Position numbers and translations under genes: made by a program
NCBI GenBank assembly: GCA_965223545.1
Contig: OZ245006.1
Coordinates: 2,016,001 to 2,080,000, forward strand
DNA length: 64,000 nt
DNA from: Planctomycetota bacterium
Lineage (GTDB): Bacteria; Planctomycetota; UBA1135; UBA2386
Direction of reading: 5' to 3'
The notes under the pieces: generated by a model
The model's database searches: none
The model's input: only the letters and a program-made list of their open reading frames with translations
What the model was told of the DNA's origin: nothing
In this document: in pieces, positions 47,824-58,044 of the stretch
How the letters are laid out: each line of letters begins with the position of its first letter
How positions within the stretch are numbered: the first letter of the stretch is position 1

Positions 47824-47835
47824 TCTTAGCTCGCA

Positions 47836-48225
47836 GTGCCGTACGACCCCGAGCGCCACGGCCCCAAACGCGTCGTCGGCGACGGGTTCCACCGCCAAGT
47901 GCGCGCCGTCGTCGGCCGCGTTCCCGCCGGGCGGGTCACCACCTACGGTGACGTCGCGGCGGCGCTCGGCCTGCGCGGCGCTGCCCGCCACGTCGGCTTC
48001 GCCCTGGCGGCACTGCCCGCCGGCGACGATACGGTGCCCTGGCACCGGGTCGTCAATGCCAGCGGGCGGCTGGCACTGCGCGCCGACGGGGGACCGAGCG
48101 TCGAGCAGGCACGCCGCCTCCGCAAAGAGGGAATCGAGGTGACCGCCCGCGGGCACGTCGTCGGGTTTGCCGCCCTGCGCCACACTCTGCGGGACGCCGA
48201 AGGCACCGGCGGGGCGGGTTCGTGA
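47836..48225 (+). CDS. Alkyltransferase-like protein (ATL, MGMT family)
   Basis: VPAGRVTTYGDVA, ARHVG, VPWHRVVN (Trp in place of the Cys of PCHRV), QARRLRKEG. Confidence 0.9.
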   Translation: MPYDPERHGPKRVVGDGFHRQVRAVVGRVPAGRVTTYGDVAAALGLRGAARHVGFALAALPAGDDTVPWHRVVNASGRLALRADGGPSVEQARRLRKEGIEVTARGHVVGFAALRHTLRDAEGTGGAGS

Positions 48226-48325
48226 TCGCCCGTTGGCGCACGATTTGCATGGTTGCCCAGTGCCCGGGTGTGCTGTCGCCCGGGCGCGACACCCCGCCCC
48301 GCTCTACTTGCCGCCGAGCCGACGC

Positions 48326-50362
48326 ATGCTCCGACGCCTCCAGCCCAACACGGACGACCCCAGCCGATACGCCGCACTCGGCGCGCTGCTCCTGATCGCC
48401 TTCGCCTGCGGCGGCTCCGGTGGGGACTCCGTCGGCACCGGCAGGCCGCGCACCTCGCCGGTGCTGCGCACCTTCGCTTCGGAGCAAGAGCTGCTGGCGA
48501 CGCTGCGCGACAATGTGCGCGAGCGCACGGAGGCCTTTCTCGAGCGCGCGCTGCAGCCGCCCAGCTCGCACACGATGCCGATCGCCGCCGGCGCCGGCCA
48601 GGGCACGCCAACGTTCTCCCGCACCAATACACAGGAGCCCGACGTCGACGAGCCCGACATCGTGAAGACCGACGGGCAGCGCATCCACCTGCTCAACGGT
48701 GACCGACTCGAGATCCTCGAGGTGCCGGCCGTCGGCCAGCTCACGCACCGGGGAACCCTGGCCCTCGAGGGCGAACCGATCGAGCTCCTGCTGCGCGGCG
48801 ACCAAGCGGTGGTCTTCACCATCCTGTCCCTGACCGCGCTCCCGCCGGGGCACGCGTTGCTGCCGCTGGCGCCGAAAGTCCCGGTCGGGCCCGCGCCGGC
48901 ATTGCGCAGCCCGCTGTGGACCAAGGTCACGGTCGTCGACACGTCCGACCCCACTGCGCCAGCGGTGGATCACGAGATCTTCGTCGAGGCCAGCTACAAG
49001 ACCGCACGCCAGATCGGCGACGCGGTGCGGATGATCACGCACGCCGAGTTGCACATCAGCGGTTTGGCCTACTTCCCGTTCTTGCCGGCCAACTACCCCG
49101 CACTCACCCCGGCCGAACAAGAACGCGCGCGCATCGCCGGCGCCGCAGCCGCGAGCCGCGCCAACGAGCAGCGCCTCGCCGCAACGACGTTGGCCGACTT
49201 CGTCCCGCTGATCTACCACCGCACACCCGGCACCGCCCTCACCGCGTGGGACCTGAACCGCAACGGCGCCCGCGACTTCTCGGTCGCGGCCGACGCGTTC
49301 GCCACCGGTGTCACCTCCGTGCTGACGCTCGGCCTGACTCCGGCGCGACCGATTCTGGACACCGACCACGTGATCGCCAACGAGCCGCGGGTCTACGCCT
49401 CGCCGACGACCTTGCTGCTGGCCGAGCCCGCCGAGGGCCAATGGTGGCACAGCGTGCTGCCCCGGCCGATCCAACCGGCGAGCAACATCCACCGGTTCGA
49501 CATCTCGGACCCGCATGCTACGCACTACACCGGCAGCGGCCGCGTGGACGGCACGATCCCGAGCTCGTTCGCGCTGTCCGAACACCAGGGCCGCATCCGC
49601 GCGGCGGCGACGACCCAGCAGCCGGTGCTCGAGAGTCACGTCTACGTGCTCGAGGGAGGCCGCGAGATGAGCGTCGTCGGCCACGTCGGCGGACTGGGGA
49701 TCGACGAGACCCTGTGGTCGTGCCGGTTTGGCGACGACGAGTGCTACGTCGTGACGTTCGAGACCATCGACCCGCTGTTCGTCATCGATCTCAGCGACCC
49801 GCGCCGGCCGCGACTGCGCGGCGAGTTGGAGGTCGAAGGGGTCTCGACCTACATCCACCAGCGCAACAGCGCCGGACAGCTGCTCACCATCGGTCTGAAC
49901 ACCAACTCCGAACCGACGATCTCGCTGTTCGACGTCCGCAACCCGGAGTCACCGACCCTCGCCGCCCGCCGCGACCTGCCGGTGCCGAGCCAGACCGGCG
50001 GTTGGCGCCGCATCTGGAGCCAGGCGTTGTTCGACCCGCGGGCGTTCAACTACTGGGAGCGGCTGGGCCTGCTGGCCGTTCCCGTCGACAGCGGCCGCTG
50101 GCGGCCGCTGACCAACACCTACGAGAACTTCAGCCAGCTGCAGCTGCTGGCGGTCGGCACCAACGGCACGCTGCAGCCGTACGGCGCGATCGACCACGCC
50201 GAGTTCTTCAACAGCGCGCCGGGGCGGGTCTGGAACGACACCGCCATCCGCCGGGCGATCTTCTTCGACGACCACGTGTACGCGATCAGCAACCGCGCGA
50301 TCACCGCCCACGACACCGCGACGCTGCAGCGCACCGCGGTGGTCAAGCTGCCGGGCGAGTGA
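48326..50362 (+). CDS. Beta-propeller domain lipoprotein (Beta_propel family)
   Basis: Lipobox AFAC; FSRTNTQEPDVDEPDIVKTDG, FALSEH, YVVTFETIDPLFVIDL, GELEVEGVSTYIH. Confidence 0.88.
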   Translation: MLRRLQPNTDDPSRYAALGALLLIAFACGGSGGDSVGTGRPRTSPVLRTFASEQELLATLRDNVRERTEAFLERALQPPSSHTMPIAAGAGQGTPTFSRTNTQEPDVDEPDIVKTDGQRIHLLNGDRLEILEVPAVGQLTHRGTLALEGEPIELLLRGDQAVVFTILSLTALPPGHALLPLAPKVPVGPAPALRSPLWTKVTVVDTSDPTAPAVDHEIFVEASYKTARQIGDAVRMITHAELHISGLAYFPFLPANYPALTPAEQERARIAGAAAASRANEQRLAATTLADFVPLIYHRTPGTALTAWDLNRNGARDFSVAADAFATGVTSVLTLGLTPARPILDTDHVIANEPRVYASPTTLLLAEPAEGQWWHSVLPRPIQPASNIHRFDISDPHATHYTGSGRVDGTIPSSFALSEHQGRIRAAATTQQPVLESHVYVLEGGREMSVVGHVGGLGIDETLWSCRFGDDECYVVTFETIDPLFVIDLSDPRRPRLRGELEVEGVSTYIHQRNSAGQLLTIGLNTNSEPTISLFDVRNPESPTLAARRDLPVPSQTGGWRRIWSQALFDPRAFNYWERLGLLAVPVDSGRWRPLTNTYENFSQLQLLAVGTNGTLQPYGAIDHAEFFNSAPGRVWNDTAIRRAIFFDDHVYAISNRAITAHDTATLQRTAVVKLPGE

Positions 50363-50369
50363 CCCGACG

Positions 50370-51113
50370 TCAGTTGACGACCACCCAGAAGTTGCCGTCG
50401 ACGCCGGTGGCGTTGGCGGCCACGGAGTGCACCATCAGCGTGTTGTTGCTGGCGACCGCGCTGAGGGCGGCGTTGTCCGCCGGCACGTTGGTGCCGCCGT
50501 AGCGCGTGGTCTGGTTGTTGGCGGACAGGACCTCGCCGTTCTGACTGGCGAAGAACGCGCGCACCCCGCTCATGCCGTACACCGACGGCCAGGCATAGCA
50601 TGCCCAATAGCCGCTCGCCAGCGTCGCCTCGACCGCCGGATACGACGCCGACGTCGCCTCCTCGTCCAACCAGGCGCCGCCGCCGCCGGGCAGGAACAGC
50701 TCGAAGTAGTAGCCCGAGTGCAGCATCCGCCCATCGGCGTCGAGCAACGCGTGTGACTGCGGCAGGATCGAAGGTGAGACGCGGAAGGCACTGGTTCCGC
50801 TCGCCGGGGATCCCTCGCGCACGCCGCGCGTGCCGGTGAGCTCCTGGAAGTAGCCGTACTCACCCGCCCCGTTGCCGTCGGTGTCGATGAACGCGGTCGA
50901 CGAGATCTGCGCCTGCGCCGACATCAGGTTCTTGAGGGTGGCGATCGCGGTCTTCTCGTTCGCGTTGATCCGCGCCGAGATCATGTTGGGGATCGCGATG
51001 GACGCCAGGATGGCGATGATCGCGACCACGATCATCAGCTCGATCAGCGTGAACCCCCGGGCGGCGCGCAGCGCGCCGGCTTCTCTCGGTCGCGTAGCCG
51101 GAATCATCGACAC
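50370..51113 (-). CDS. Type IV pilin-like protein (prepilin cleavage/methylation motif, DUF2950-like)
   Basis: RG/FTLIELMIVVAIIAILASIAIP; ANEKTAIATL; SGYYF; YAWP..YG.SG.RAF. Confidence 0.88.
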   Translation of the reverse strand: MSMIPATRPREAGALRAARGFTLIELMIVVAIIAILASIAIPNMISARINANEKTAIATLKNLMSAQAQISSTAFIDTDGNGAGEYGYFQELTGTRGVREGSPASGTSAFRVSPSILPQSHALLDADGRMLHSGYYFELFLPGGGGAWLDEEATSASYPAVEATLASGYWACYAWPSVYGMSGVRAFFASQNGEVLSANNQTTRYGGTNVPADNAALSAVASNNTLMVHSVAANATGVDGNFWVVVN

Positions 51114-51170
51114 TCGACCATCGACCGTCCGACGCCAGCGACTGTAGAACTACGGGCCCCGGACGGCCCT

Positions 51171-51193
51171 CGGCGTCTCGAACCGAGACGCCG
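51171..51193. terminator. GC-rich hairpin, possible terminator downstream of the HEAT-repeat gene
   Basis: cggcgtctcg-aac-cgagacgccg is a perfect 10-bp stem; there is no U-tract. Confidence 0.35.
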
Positions 51194-51208
51194 GCCTCGT
51201 GCAGAGGG

Positions 51209-51940
51209 CTACTGCTTGTCCTCGCGCGGCCGGCCGACCAGGCTGGTCTTGATCGCGCCGATCGCCTCCCGGGCCGCCATCGAGGTGAGCACGTCGCCGG
51301 GACGCTGCATCACCTGCTCGAGGGCGTCGATCGCGACCTCTGCCGCTGGTCCCATGGTGCCCAGCGCGCGCGCGGCGTCGCGCTGCAACGGGGCGAGCTC
51401 CTGAAAGCGCGAAGGGTGCGGCGGCGGCGGACGGCGCAGCACCTCGATCAGCACGGGCACCGCGTCGGCGGCGCTGGTGCCGAGCGCGCCCAGGGCTCGC
51501 AGCGCAGCCCGCGCCGATTCGTGACCGAGCTGGCTCAAGTCGTGCTGGCGCCGCGCCGTCGCCGCCAAGCCGTCGACGACGCCGGGGCCGACGACGCCGA
51601 TGGCACCCAGCGCTTCGGCGGCCGCCTGCGCATTGGAACGGACGGGAACCAGCTCACGAGTGGTCTCCGCCGCCGCCAGCATGCGCACCAGCGCCGGCAC
51701 CGCATCGCGGGCGCGGCCGCCGAAGCGTTGCATGGCGAACGCCGCCGTGTGCTGCACGTCGGGATCCAAGTCCGACAGACGGGGGAGCCAGGCCGCCAGC
51801 GGCTCGCCGCGGAACTGCGGCTCGGCGGCCTCCTGCCGTGGACCGAACCCAGCGGTCGCCGCCACGGCGACCACCCCCGCCAGTGCCAGCAACGCCCGTC
51901 CACCGCGGGGAGAGAATCGCGCTCGGTCAGCTTGTCGCAT
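51209..51940 (-). CDS. Secreted HEAT-repeat protein
   Basis: RBS AAAGGAG; signal peptide; repeats AAEALGAIG, ALRALGALG..AADAVPVL, AARALGTMGPAA. Confidence 0.8.
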   Translation of the reverse strand: MRQADRARFSPRGGRALLALAGVVAVAATAGFGPRQEAAEPQFRGEPLAAWLPRLSDLDPDVQHTAAFAMQRFGGRARDAVPALVRMLAAAETTRELVPVRSNAQAAAEALGAIGVVGPGVVDGLAATARRQHDLSQLGHESARAALRALGALGTSAADAVPVLIEVLRRPPPPHPSRFQELAPLQRDAARALGTMGPAAEVAIDALEQVMQRPGDVLTSMAAREAIGAIKTSLVGRPREDKQ

Positions 51941-52063
51941 GAAGGCTCCTTTCGGCCATCGGTTGTCGTCGATGATAGGAGCGAGGGCCGCGCCGGGTCG
52001 ACGGCGCGGCCCACCCCCGTCACTCGTCACCCGCAAAGATCTCTTCCCCAACGGACGCAAACG

Positions 52064-53407
52064 ATGCGAACCGCGTGGATCACCGCTCTTCTCCTGCTTG
52101 CCACCTCGATGCCGGCGCCCCGCGCCCAGGACCCGACCGCGCCGCCGCCGACCGGCGGGAGCACTCCGCAAGAGCCGGCGGCGGCGCCCGAGGCCGGCGA
52201 GGATCCCGCGGCGGGCGAGGACCCAGCGGCGGCGGTCGACGTCGACCCCGACGTCGACGCCACCACTCTCGCCTACTCGCTGCTGCCGCTGACCACCGAC
52301 GAACTCGTGCAGCACGCCGACGCCTGGCGCGACGCCCTGAGTGCGGCCGTCGCGCGCGTCGCCGAGCGCGAGCTCGCCACCACGCGCAGCGGCGCCGGTG
52401 ACGATGCGGAGCTGCGGCAGCGGCGCGCGGCGCGCGACGCGACCGTGCAGCGCCTGCGCACCGTGGTCACCGCGCTGGAGCAGAAGGGCGGAGACGGCAG
52501 CGCCTACCGCGCCTACATCAAGGGCGCGACCAACGTACTGCCGCTGCTCGACATCTCCGATGCCGGCAGCGTGCTGGCAATGGCGAAGAGCTGGCTGCTC
52601 TCGCCCGACGGCGGCATGCGGTGGGCGATCAACATCGGCAAGGTGCTGCTCATTCTGGCCGTGTTCAAGCTGCTCGCCGCGGCCGCCGCGCGCCTGCTGC
52701 GCCGCGGTCTCGGGCGGTTCGGCAACACCTCGCAGCTGCTGCGCGACTTCTTCGTCAACACCGCGCGGCGGCTGATCTTGTTCCTCGGCGCCGTCCTGGC
52801 GCTGTCGACGCTGGGCGTGGACATCGGCCCGTTCCTCGCGGCGATCGGTGCCGCCGGCTTCGTCATCGGCTTCGCCCTGCAGGGGACGCTGTCGAACTTC
52901 GCCAGCGGCATCATGATCCTGCTGTACCGGCCCTACGATCTCGGCCACTTCGTCACCGTCGCCGGAGTGTCGGGGACCGTGCGGGAGATGTCGCTGGTGT
53001 CGACCACGATCACAACGGGCGACAACCAGCGGGTCGTGGTCCCCAACAGCTCCATCTGGGGTGACGTCATCACCAATGTCACCGGCAGCGAGACGCGCCG
53101 CGTCGACCTCATGTTCGGGGTGGGCTACGACGACGATCTCGGCGTGGCGCAGGCGACGCTGGAGCGCGTCCTCGCCGACCACCCGCTGGTGCTGGACGAG
53201 CCTGAGCCGACGATCAAGGTGCACGAGCTGGCGGACTCCAGCGTCAATTTCGTGGTCCGGCCGTGGGTCGAGAGCGGCGATTACTGGACCGTCTACTGGG
53301 ATCTCACGCGCACGGTCAAGGAGCGCTTCGACGCCGAGGGGATCAGCATTCCCTACCCGCAGCGCGACATCCACGTGCACCAGACGGCGGTCCCGGCCAA
53401 CGCCTGA
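52064..53407 (+). CDS. Small-conductance mechanosensitive channel (MscS family) with periplasmic N-terminal extension
   Basis: GAAGFVIGFALQGTLSNFASG, RPYDLG, VVPNS, RRVDL..GVGYDDD, LADSSVN, FDAEGISIPYPQRD. Confidence 0.93.
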   Translation: MRTAWITALLLLATSMPAPRAQDPTAPPPTGGSTPQEPAAAPEAGEDPAAGEDPAAAVDVDPDVDATTLAYSLLPLTTDELVQHADAWRDALSAAVARVAERELATTRSGAGDDAELRQRRAARDATVQRLRTVVTALEQKGGDGSAYRAYIKGATNVLPLLDISDAGSVLAMAKSWLLSPDGGMRWAINIGKVLLILAVFKLLAAAAARLLRRGLGRFGNTSQLLRDFFVNTARRLILFLGAVLALSTLGVDIGPFLAAIGAAGFVIGFALQGTLSNFASGIMILLYRPYDLGHFVTVAGVSGTVREMSLVSTTITTGDNQRVVVPNSSIWGDVITNVTGSETRRVDLMFGVGYDDDLGVAQATLERVLADHPLVLDEPEPTIKVHELADSSVNFVVRPWVESGDYWTVYWDLTRTVKERFDAEGISIPYPQRDIHVHQTAVPANA

Positions 53408-53483
53408 CCTCCAGCCGGTGGGCGGTGGGCGCGGTCGCCTCTTTCCCCGCCCGGGCTCTGGCCGCACGATGGGGGGTCGCACC

Positions 53484-55574
53484 ATGACCGAGCTCGACAA
53501 TCAGCCCCCCCCGGCGGCGGACCCCACCGCCGACTCCGCGACCACCGACCCGGGTACTTCGACCGCGGCGCGCGCGCTCGCCGCCGCCGGGGACGCCCAG
53601 TCGGCGCAGGACGTCGGCGCCCTCGACGACGCCGCGCTGGCGGCGCAACGCAAGCTCGGCCGCAGCACGACCGGCTTGGTCGAGCGCTTGATCTACGGTC
53701 CCGTACCAACCACCGACGAGCTCGCCTCGGGGACGCGCATCGCGACGGCGCCGAGCGCGGCAGTGGACACGCTGGTCGACACCGCGATCGATTGTCTGCG
53801 GCGCGGTGAGGCGTTCACCGCCGACGGCCGGCTGTCGGCCGCGCTGCGGCGCGAAGTCGCCGGCGCGGGCGGCTACGGCTTCACCGTCCCGGCCGAGTTC
53901 GGCGGCAAAGGCGCCGGCTACGGCGACTTGGCGCTGGCCGAAGAACGACTGGCCGCCAACGGACTCGGCGCGCTCGCGGTCGAGATCTCGGGCGAGCTCA
54001 CCATTGGCGCGGGATCGCTGCTGGGCTACGGCACCGAAGCGCAGCGCAAGACGTTCTTGCCGCTGATCGCCGAGGGCCAGATGATGGCGTTCGGTCTGAC
54101 CGAGGTCGGCGTCGGCGTCAACGCGAAGAAGGTGCGCGCCTACGTCGAGCGCGACGAGGACGCCGGTTGTTGGCGGTTGTACGCCCACGGCAACCGCAAC
54201 AAGCTGTGGATCACCAACGCGACGCATGGCGGCCTCGTCGGGCTGGTCGCTCGCATCGGCGAGAACGGCAAGAAGGTCGGCCTTTTCGTGCTGCGGCTAC
54301 CGGACCAGGACCTCGACGGCGACGGCGACCAGCCCGCGTTCTGGTGCCGGCCGTCGGGCGTCGACGCGTTCGGCGCGAACTACAACTCGCGGCTGCACTT
54401 CTACGGCTACCCGATCCCGTTCGACCAGCAGATCCAAGCGGATGGCGTCGAGGTGCTGTTCTACTGCCTGCGCATGGGACGCTGCATGCTGGCGGCCATG
54501 TCGGCCGGCTACCAGCGCATGTTCGCCGCCGACGCCGCCGACTACGCCCGGCAGCGCGACGGCGTCGGCGGGCGCGTGATCAAGCACGAGCTGCCGCGCC
54601 TCAACTTGGCGCGGATGCTGGGCGGCGCCCTGCAGGCGCGCGCGCTGTCGCACCTGTCGCTGCAGCAGGACGCCGATGGCGTCGACCTGGCCGGTCTTCG
54701 CGATCTGACCAAGTCCGCCGCCGCGGGTACCGCGCTCGAGTCGCTGATCGCGTGCGAGCGGGTGCTGGGCGGGCGTAGCTTCGACGCCAGCTCGCGGGTC
54801 AACGACGCGCGCGCCAACATGCACGTGTTCGGCGTCGTCGAAGGCGAGGACGACCTGATCCTGATGGGCATGGTGAAGGACGTCACCGGCAGCTTCACCG
54901 ACCGCTACATGGCCGGCATGCTCGGCGTGCTGCAGTCGCTCAACGTCGACAAGAGCGGCGCGCCACTGCCGCGCGAACGACGGCTGCTGCGGATCACGCC
55001 CGCAACCCTGCTGCGCGAGCCCGGTCGCTGCATGACCGCCACCGCGCGGCTGCTCGGCAAGGGCAGCTTCTGGGGACTGGTCGGTTGGACCGCGACGAAC
55101 GCCATGGCCGACCTGTTGCGCGCACCGCTGCGCTTGCTGCCCGCCGCCTGGCTGCCGCGCTACCGCGGCCTGCCGGCGGCGCTGCGCGGCCACGCCCGCT
55201 ACGCCGAGCGCCAGCTGCGCGCGCGGCGGTGGACCTACTTCGGCATCAACCTGTTCTTCCAGCTGGAGCTGACGCGCGCGCAGATTCCGCTGCAACGCTT
55301 CGGCAAGTCGATCGAGCACCTGGTGTCGATGCTGGTGCTGTGCCACCACGCGGCGGGCGCGCCGGCCAGCGTGCAGCGCCTCGCCGCGCTGCAGTGCGGA
55401 ATGCTCAAGGACAAGGTCCGCGGGATCCGCGTGCTGGGCGGTCTCGGCGAGATGCAGAGTACGCGCGGCTTGCTCGACGCCTTCGGCAAGGACGTCGAAG
55501 GTGGCGACGAGGCGCTGTGCGGCGGGACGCAACCGCAGCCCTGCGCGCATCCGTTCGAAGACGACGCGAGTTGA
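53484..55574 (+). CDS. Acyl-CoA dehydrogenase family protein
   Basis: VPAEFGGKG, YGTEAQRKTFLP, AFGLTE, NKLWITN, YARQR, VLGGRSF, VEGEDDL. Confidence 0.85.
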   Translation: MTELDNQPPPAADPTADSATTDPGTSTAARALAAAGDAQSAQDVGALDDAALAAQRKLGRSTTGLVERLIYGPVPTTDELASGTRIATAPSAAVDTLVDTAIDCLRRGEAFTADGRLSAALRREVAGAGGYGFTVPAEFGGKGAGYGDLALAEERLAANGLGALAVEISGELTIGAGSLLGYGTEAQRKTFLPLIAEGQMMAFGLTEVGVGVNAKKVRAYVERDEDAGCWRLYAHGNRNKLWITNATHGGLVGLVARIGENGKKVGLFVLRLPDQDLDGDGDQPAFWCRPSGVDAFGANYNSRLHFYGYPIPFDQQIQADGVEVLFYCLRMGRCMLAAMSAGYQRMFAADAADYARQRDGVGGRVIKHELPRLNLARMLGGALQARALSHLSLQQDADGVDLAGLRDLTKSAAAGTALESLIACERVLGGRSFDASSRVNDARANMHVFGVVEGEDDLILMGMVKDVTGSFTDRYMAGMLGVLQSLNVDKSGAPLPRERRLLRITPATLLREPGRCMTATARLLGKGSFWGLVGWTATNAMADLLRAPLRLLPAAWLPRYRGLPAALRGHARYAERQLRARRWTYFGINLFFQLELTRAQIPLQRFGKSIEHLVSMLVLCHHAAGAPASVQRLAALQCGMLKDKVRGIRVLGGLGEMQSTRGLLDAFGKDVEGGDEALCGGTQPQPCAHPFEDDAS

Positions 55575-55762
55575 GACCCCGCGCATCCGGTTCACCGCAT
55601 CCGCTTTCGGGCGCGGGGCCTGCGCGCGTGGATGCCCTGCAGAGAAATGCGCGCGGCCTCCGGGTCCACCCGGATGGAACCGGGCGCCGCGCGTTCATAC
55701 GGTTCTGCAATCGGCGCTCCGCGCTGTCTCGTCTCCCTGTCTGCCACAAGGACACTCAACCG

Positions 55763-56191
55763 ATGAAAGCACTCCTCGCCCCCGCCCTCCTGCTCGCCGG
55801 CCTCCTCGCCGCACCCACCACGGCTCAGAGCTGCTCCGACCTGACCATCTCTGGCTCGGGCGCCCCCGGCGGCACCCTGACGTTCGATCTGACCGGTGCC
55901 GATGCCAACGCGCTGGCGCTGATGGCGGTCGGCGACACCACCGGCTCCACCACCGTCTCCAACCCGCTGTTGACGGTGACCATCGGCCTGGCCTCGCCGT
56001 TCGGCATCGTGCCGCTGGGCATGACCGACGGCAACGGCGACGCGAGCCTGAGCGTCACCATGCCGACCGCGCCGATTCCGCTGACCACCCTGCACGCGCA
56101 GGCGATGACCGTCGCCTTCTCGTTCGGCAGCGGTCGTCCGAGCCTGGACGCCTGCACCTCCGACGTCGAGCAGTTCCAAATCGGCAGCTGA
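55763..56191 (+). CDS. Small secreted protein consisting of a stand-alone copy of the shared C-terminal domain
   Basis: RBS AAGGA; signal peptide; GGTLTFDLTGA, TDGNGDASLSVTMP, LHAQA. Confidence 0.75.
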   Translation: MKALLAPALLLAGLLAAPTTAQSCSDLTISGSGAPGGTLTFDLTGADANALALMAVGDTTGSTTVSNPLLTVTIGLASPFGIVPLGMTDGNGDASLSVTMPTAPIPLTTLHAQAMTVAFSFGSGRPSLDACTSDVEQFQIGS

Positions 56192-56249
56192 ACGATCCAC
56201 CGGCGACACAGCCGGTTATGATCCGCGGGTCTCGACCCGAGTCTCTCCG

Positions 56250-56903
56250 ATTTCCGACCCAGGCCCGCATTCGCCCATCCCGACCCGCCAGCAGGTCATC
56301 GATGCCCTGCTGGCGACCGCCGCGCACCTCGAGCGCCGCGGTCTGAGTCCCGCGGGTGCAGCGAGCCTGAGCGCGCGGGTCGAGGAAGATCCGCCGCGCT
56401 GGGTGTTTTGCCGCGCCACGGCCGGGCCAACCCCGCCGACCACCGACGACCTGGTCGAGATCGGCCCCGACGGCGCCAGCACCCTGGGCCCCCCCCTACC
56501 GAAGCAAGCGGTCGTGCACGCCCGGCTCGCCGAGCTGACCGGTTCTGCCGCGGTGATCCACGTCACCAGCGTGTCCTGCATCGTCCTCGCCAGCAGACAG
56601 CGCCCCAAGGGTGGCGTCACCGCCACCGGGCTGGAGATCCTGCGCGGCTTGCGCGGCATCGACAGCGCCCGGGCCGAGGTCTTCGTGCCCATCGTGCCCT
56701 TGGCGGACAACCCGACGAATCTGGCGACCGCGATCGTCGAGATGCTGGCCGAGTGGCCGAGCGCCGATGGTCTGCTGGTCGACGGCGGCGGCCTCTACAC
56801 CTGGGGCGCGAGCATCGCCGAAGCGGCACGCCGCACCGAGATCCTCGAGTTCGTCTTCGAGTGCATGGCGCGGCAGCATCCCGCCGGCGCGCACGCGCCG
56901 TAG
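56250..56903 (+). CDS. Degenerate class II aldolase / MtnB-like protein (no canonical start; possible ATT at 56250)
   Basis: The frame is open upstream of the GTG at 56403 (HLERRGLSPAGAASLSAR); AVIHVTS, TGLEILRGL.G, VPIV, GLYTWG..IAEAARRTEILEFVFE. Confidence 0.6.
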   Translation: MSDPGPHSPIPTRQQVIDALLATAAHLERRGLSPAGAASLSARVEEDPPRWVFCRATAGPTPPTTDDLVEIGPDGASTLGPPLPKQAVVHARLAELTGSAAVIHVTSVSCIVLASRQRPKGGVTATGLEILRGLRGIDSARAEVFVPIVPLADNPTNLATAIVEMLAEWPSADGLLVDGGGLYTWGASIAEAARRTEILEFVFECMARQHPAGAHAP

Positions 56904-56921
56904 ACGGGCGGTCGCCGGGGA

Positions 56922-57914
56922 TCAGCGACCAGCCGGTCGGTACTCTGCCAGCGCCGCTGCGAGCAGCCAACCACTCCGCTCGCCGCGCAGCGCACGGACC
57001 TCGAACCACCCCGAGTCCTCGCGCACCGCCTGCACCAGCGCGCCGGCCGCCAGCGCCGGCCCCGCGGCCTCGCCGCCGCGCGTGTCGGCGAGCCGAGCCG
57101 CGGCCTGCACCACGCGCCAACCACCCAGGCGCGGCGGCGCCGCGTTGAGCTGCCACGAGTACTCGACGTAGCGCACGGAGTAGCGCGCCAGCTCGGGACG
57201 CCCCGCCACCCCCGCGACGTAGGCGGCGACGCCGTCGGGACCGCCGAAGTCCTCGGCGTACCACTCGAAGATCTTCGACAAGCGCAGCACGCGCGCGTCG
57301 TCGTCGATCTGATTGCGCCACCCGCCGGTGACGAAGCTGCGCATCTTGGCGGCCAGCACGGTCGCCAGGTCATCGCCGCGGTAGGCCCGCGGCAGCAGCG
57401 GCGGGCACGAGCGTGCACCGCAGACCAAGGCGACGTGGATGCGCGGCTCGTCGAACCGTTTGCGGATGATCTCGTGCTCGAGATGGTTGAGGGAGACGCG
57501 CTCGCCAGCCAAGCGCACGAGCGGGGCGTCGAACACCGCGAAGTCGTCGTCGGCCGGCGAGTACGTCGCCGACAGCCGCTCGACCACCGCCTCGATCATC
57601 GTCGCGTTGTAGAGGTTGATGTAGAACGCGAGCCGCGCGTCGGCGTCGAGGCCGGCCGGCTCGACGGCTGCCATCGACTGCAAGGACTGCGCCAGCGCTT
57701 GGCGGTGCTCGGTCGCGACCGCGACGTAGTCGACGCGCTCGTCGCGGACCACCGCCGCGAGCAGGCGATCGAATCCCGCGTGCGGGTCGTCCGACTCCGG
57801 AGTCGGCACTGGCTGCGAGGTGGGCTGCGCGGCACATGCGTGCACCGAGATCACGGCGGGGGCCGTGGCGAGGACCGCGAGAGCAGTGACGCGAGAGAGG
57901 CGTAGGTCGAGCAA
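56922..57914 (-). CDS. Secreted DUF547 domain protein
   Basis: VDY, LAFYINLYNA, SLNHLEHEIIR, EPRIHVALVCGARSCPPL, LSKIFEWYAEDF, YSWQLN. Confidence 0.9.
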   Translation of the reverse strand: MLDLRLSRVTALAVLATAPAVISVHACAAQPTSQPVPTPESDDPHAGFDRLLAAVVRDERVDYVAVATEHRQALAQSLQSMAAVEPAGLDADARLAFYINLYNATMIEAVVERLSATYSPADDDFAVFDAPLVRLAGERVSLNHLEHEIIRKRFDEPRIHVALVCGARSCPPLLPRAYRGDDLATVLAAKMRSFVTGGWRNQIDDDARVLRLSKIFEWYAEDFGGPDGVAAYVAGVAGRPELARYSVRYVEYSWQLNAAPPRLGGWRVVQAAARLADTRGGEAAGPALAAGALVQAVREDSGWFEVRALRGERSGWLLAAALAEYRPAGR

Positions 57915-58013
57915 GGCCAGCTCCTATTCGGGGCAACGGTGGATGGCAGCAATACGACGCCGCGGCCTCGGCGTGACCGAGAGCCGCGACAAATCGTCAA
58001 GCTGCACTCAAGT

Positions 58014-58039
58014 GTCCTACCGTACCAGAGCGATAGAAC
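58014..58039. promoter_or_regulatory. Possible YtrA-type GntR operator
   Basis: Imperfect inverted repeat gtcctaccg-N8-cgatagaac just upstream of the gntR start. Confidence 0.3.
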
Positions 58040-58044
58040 GGTTC

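Noticed and set aside
52190..52260. Short AGEDPA / DVDP repeats in the MscS N-terminus, and the acidic linker in the 32450-34969 gene
   Set aside because: Ordinary low-complexity linkers with no T/S-xxxx-E/D periodicity and no adjacent modifying enzyme.
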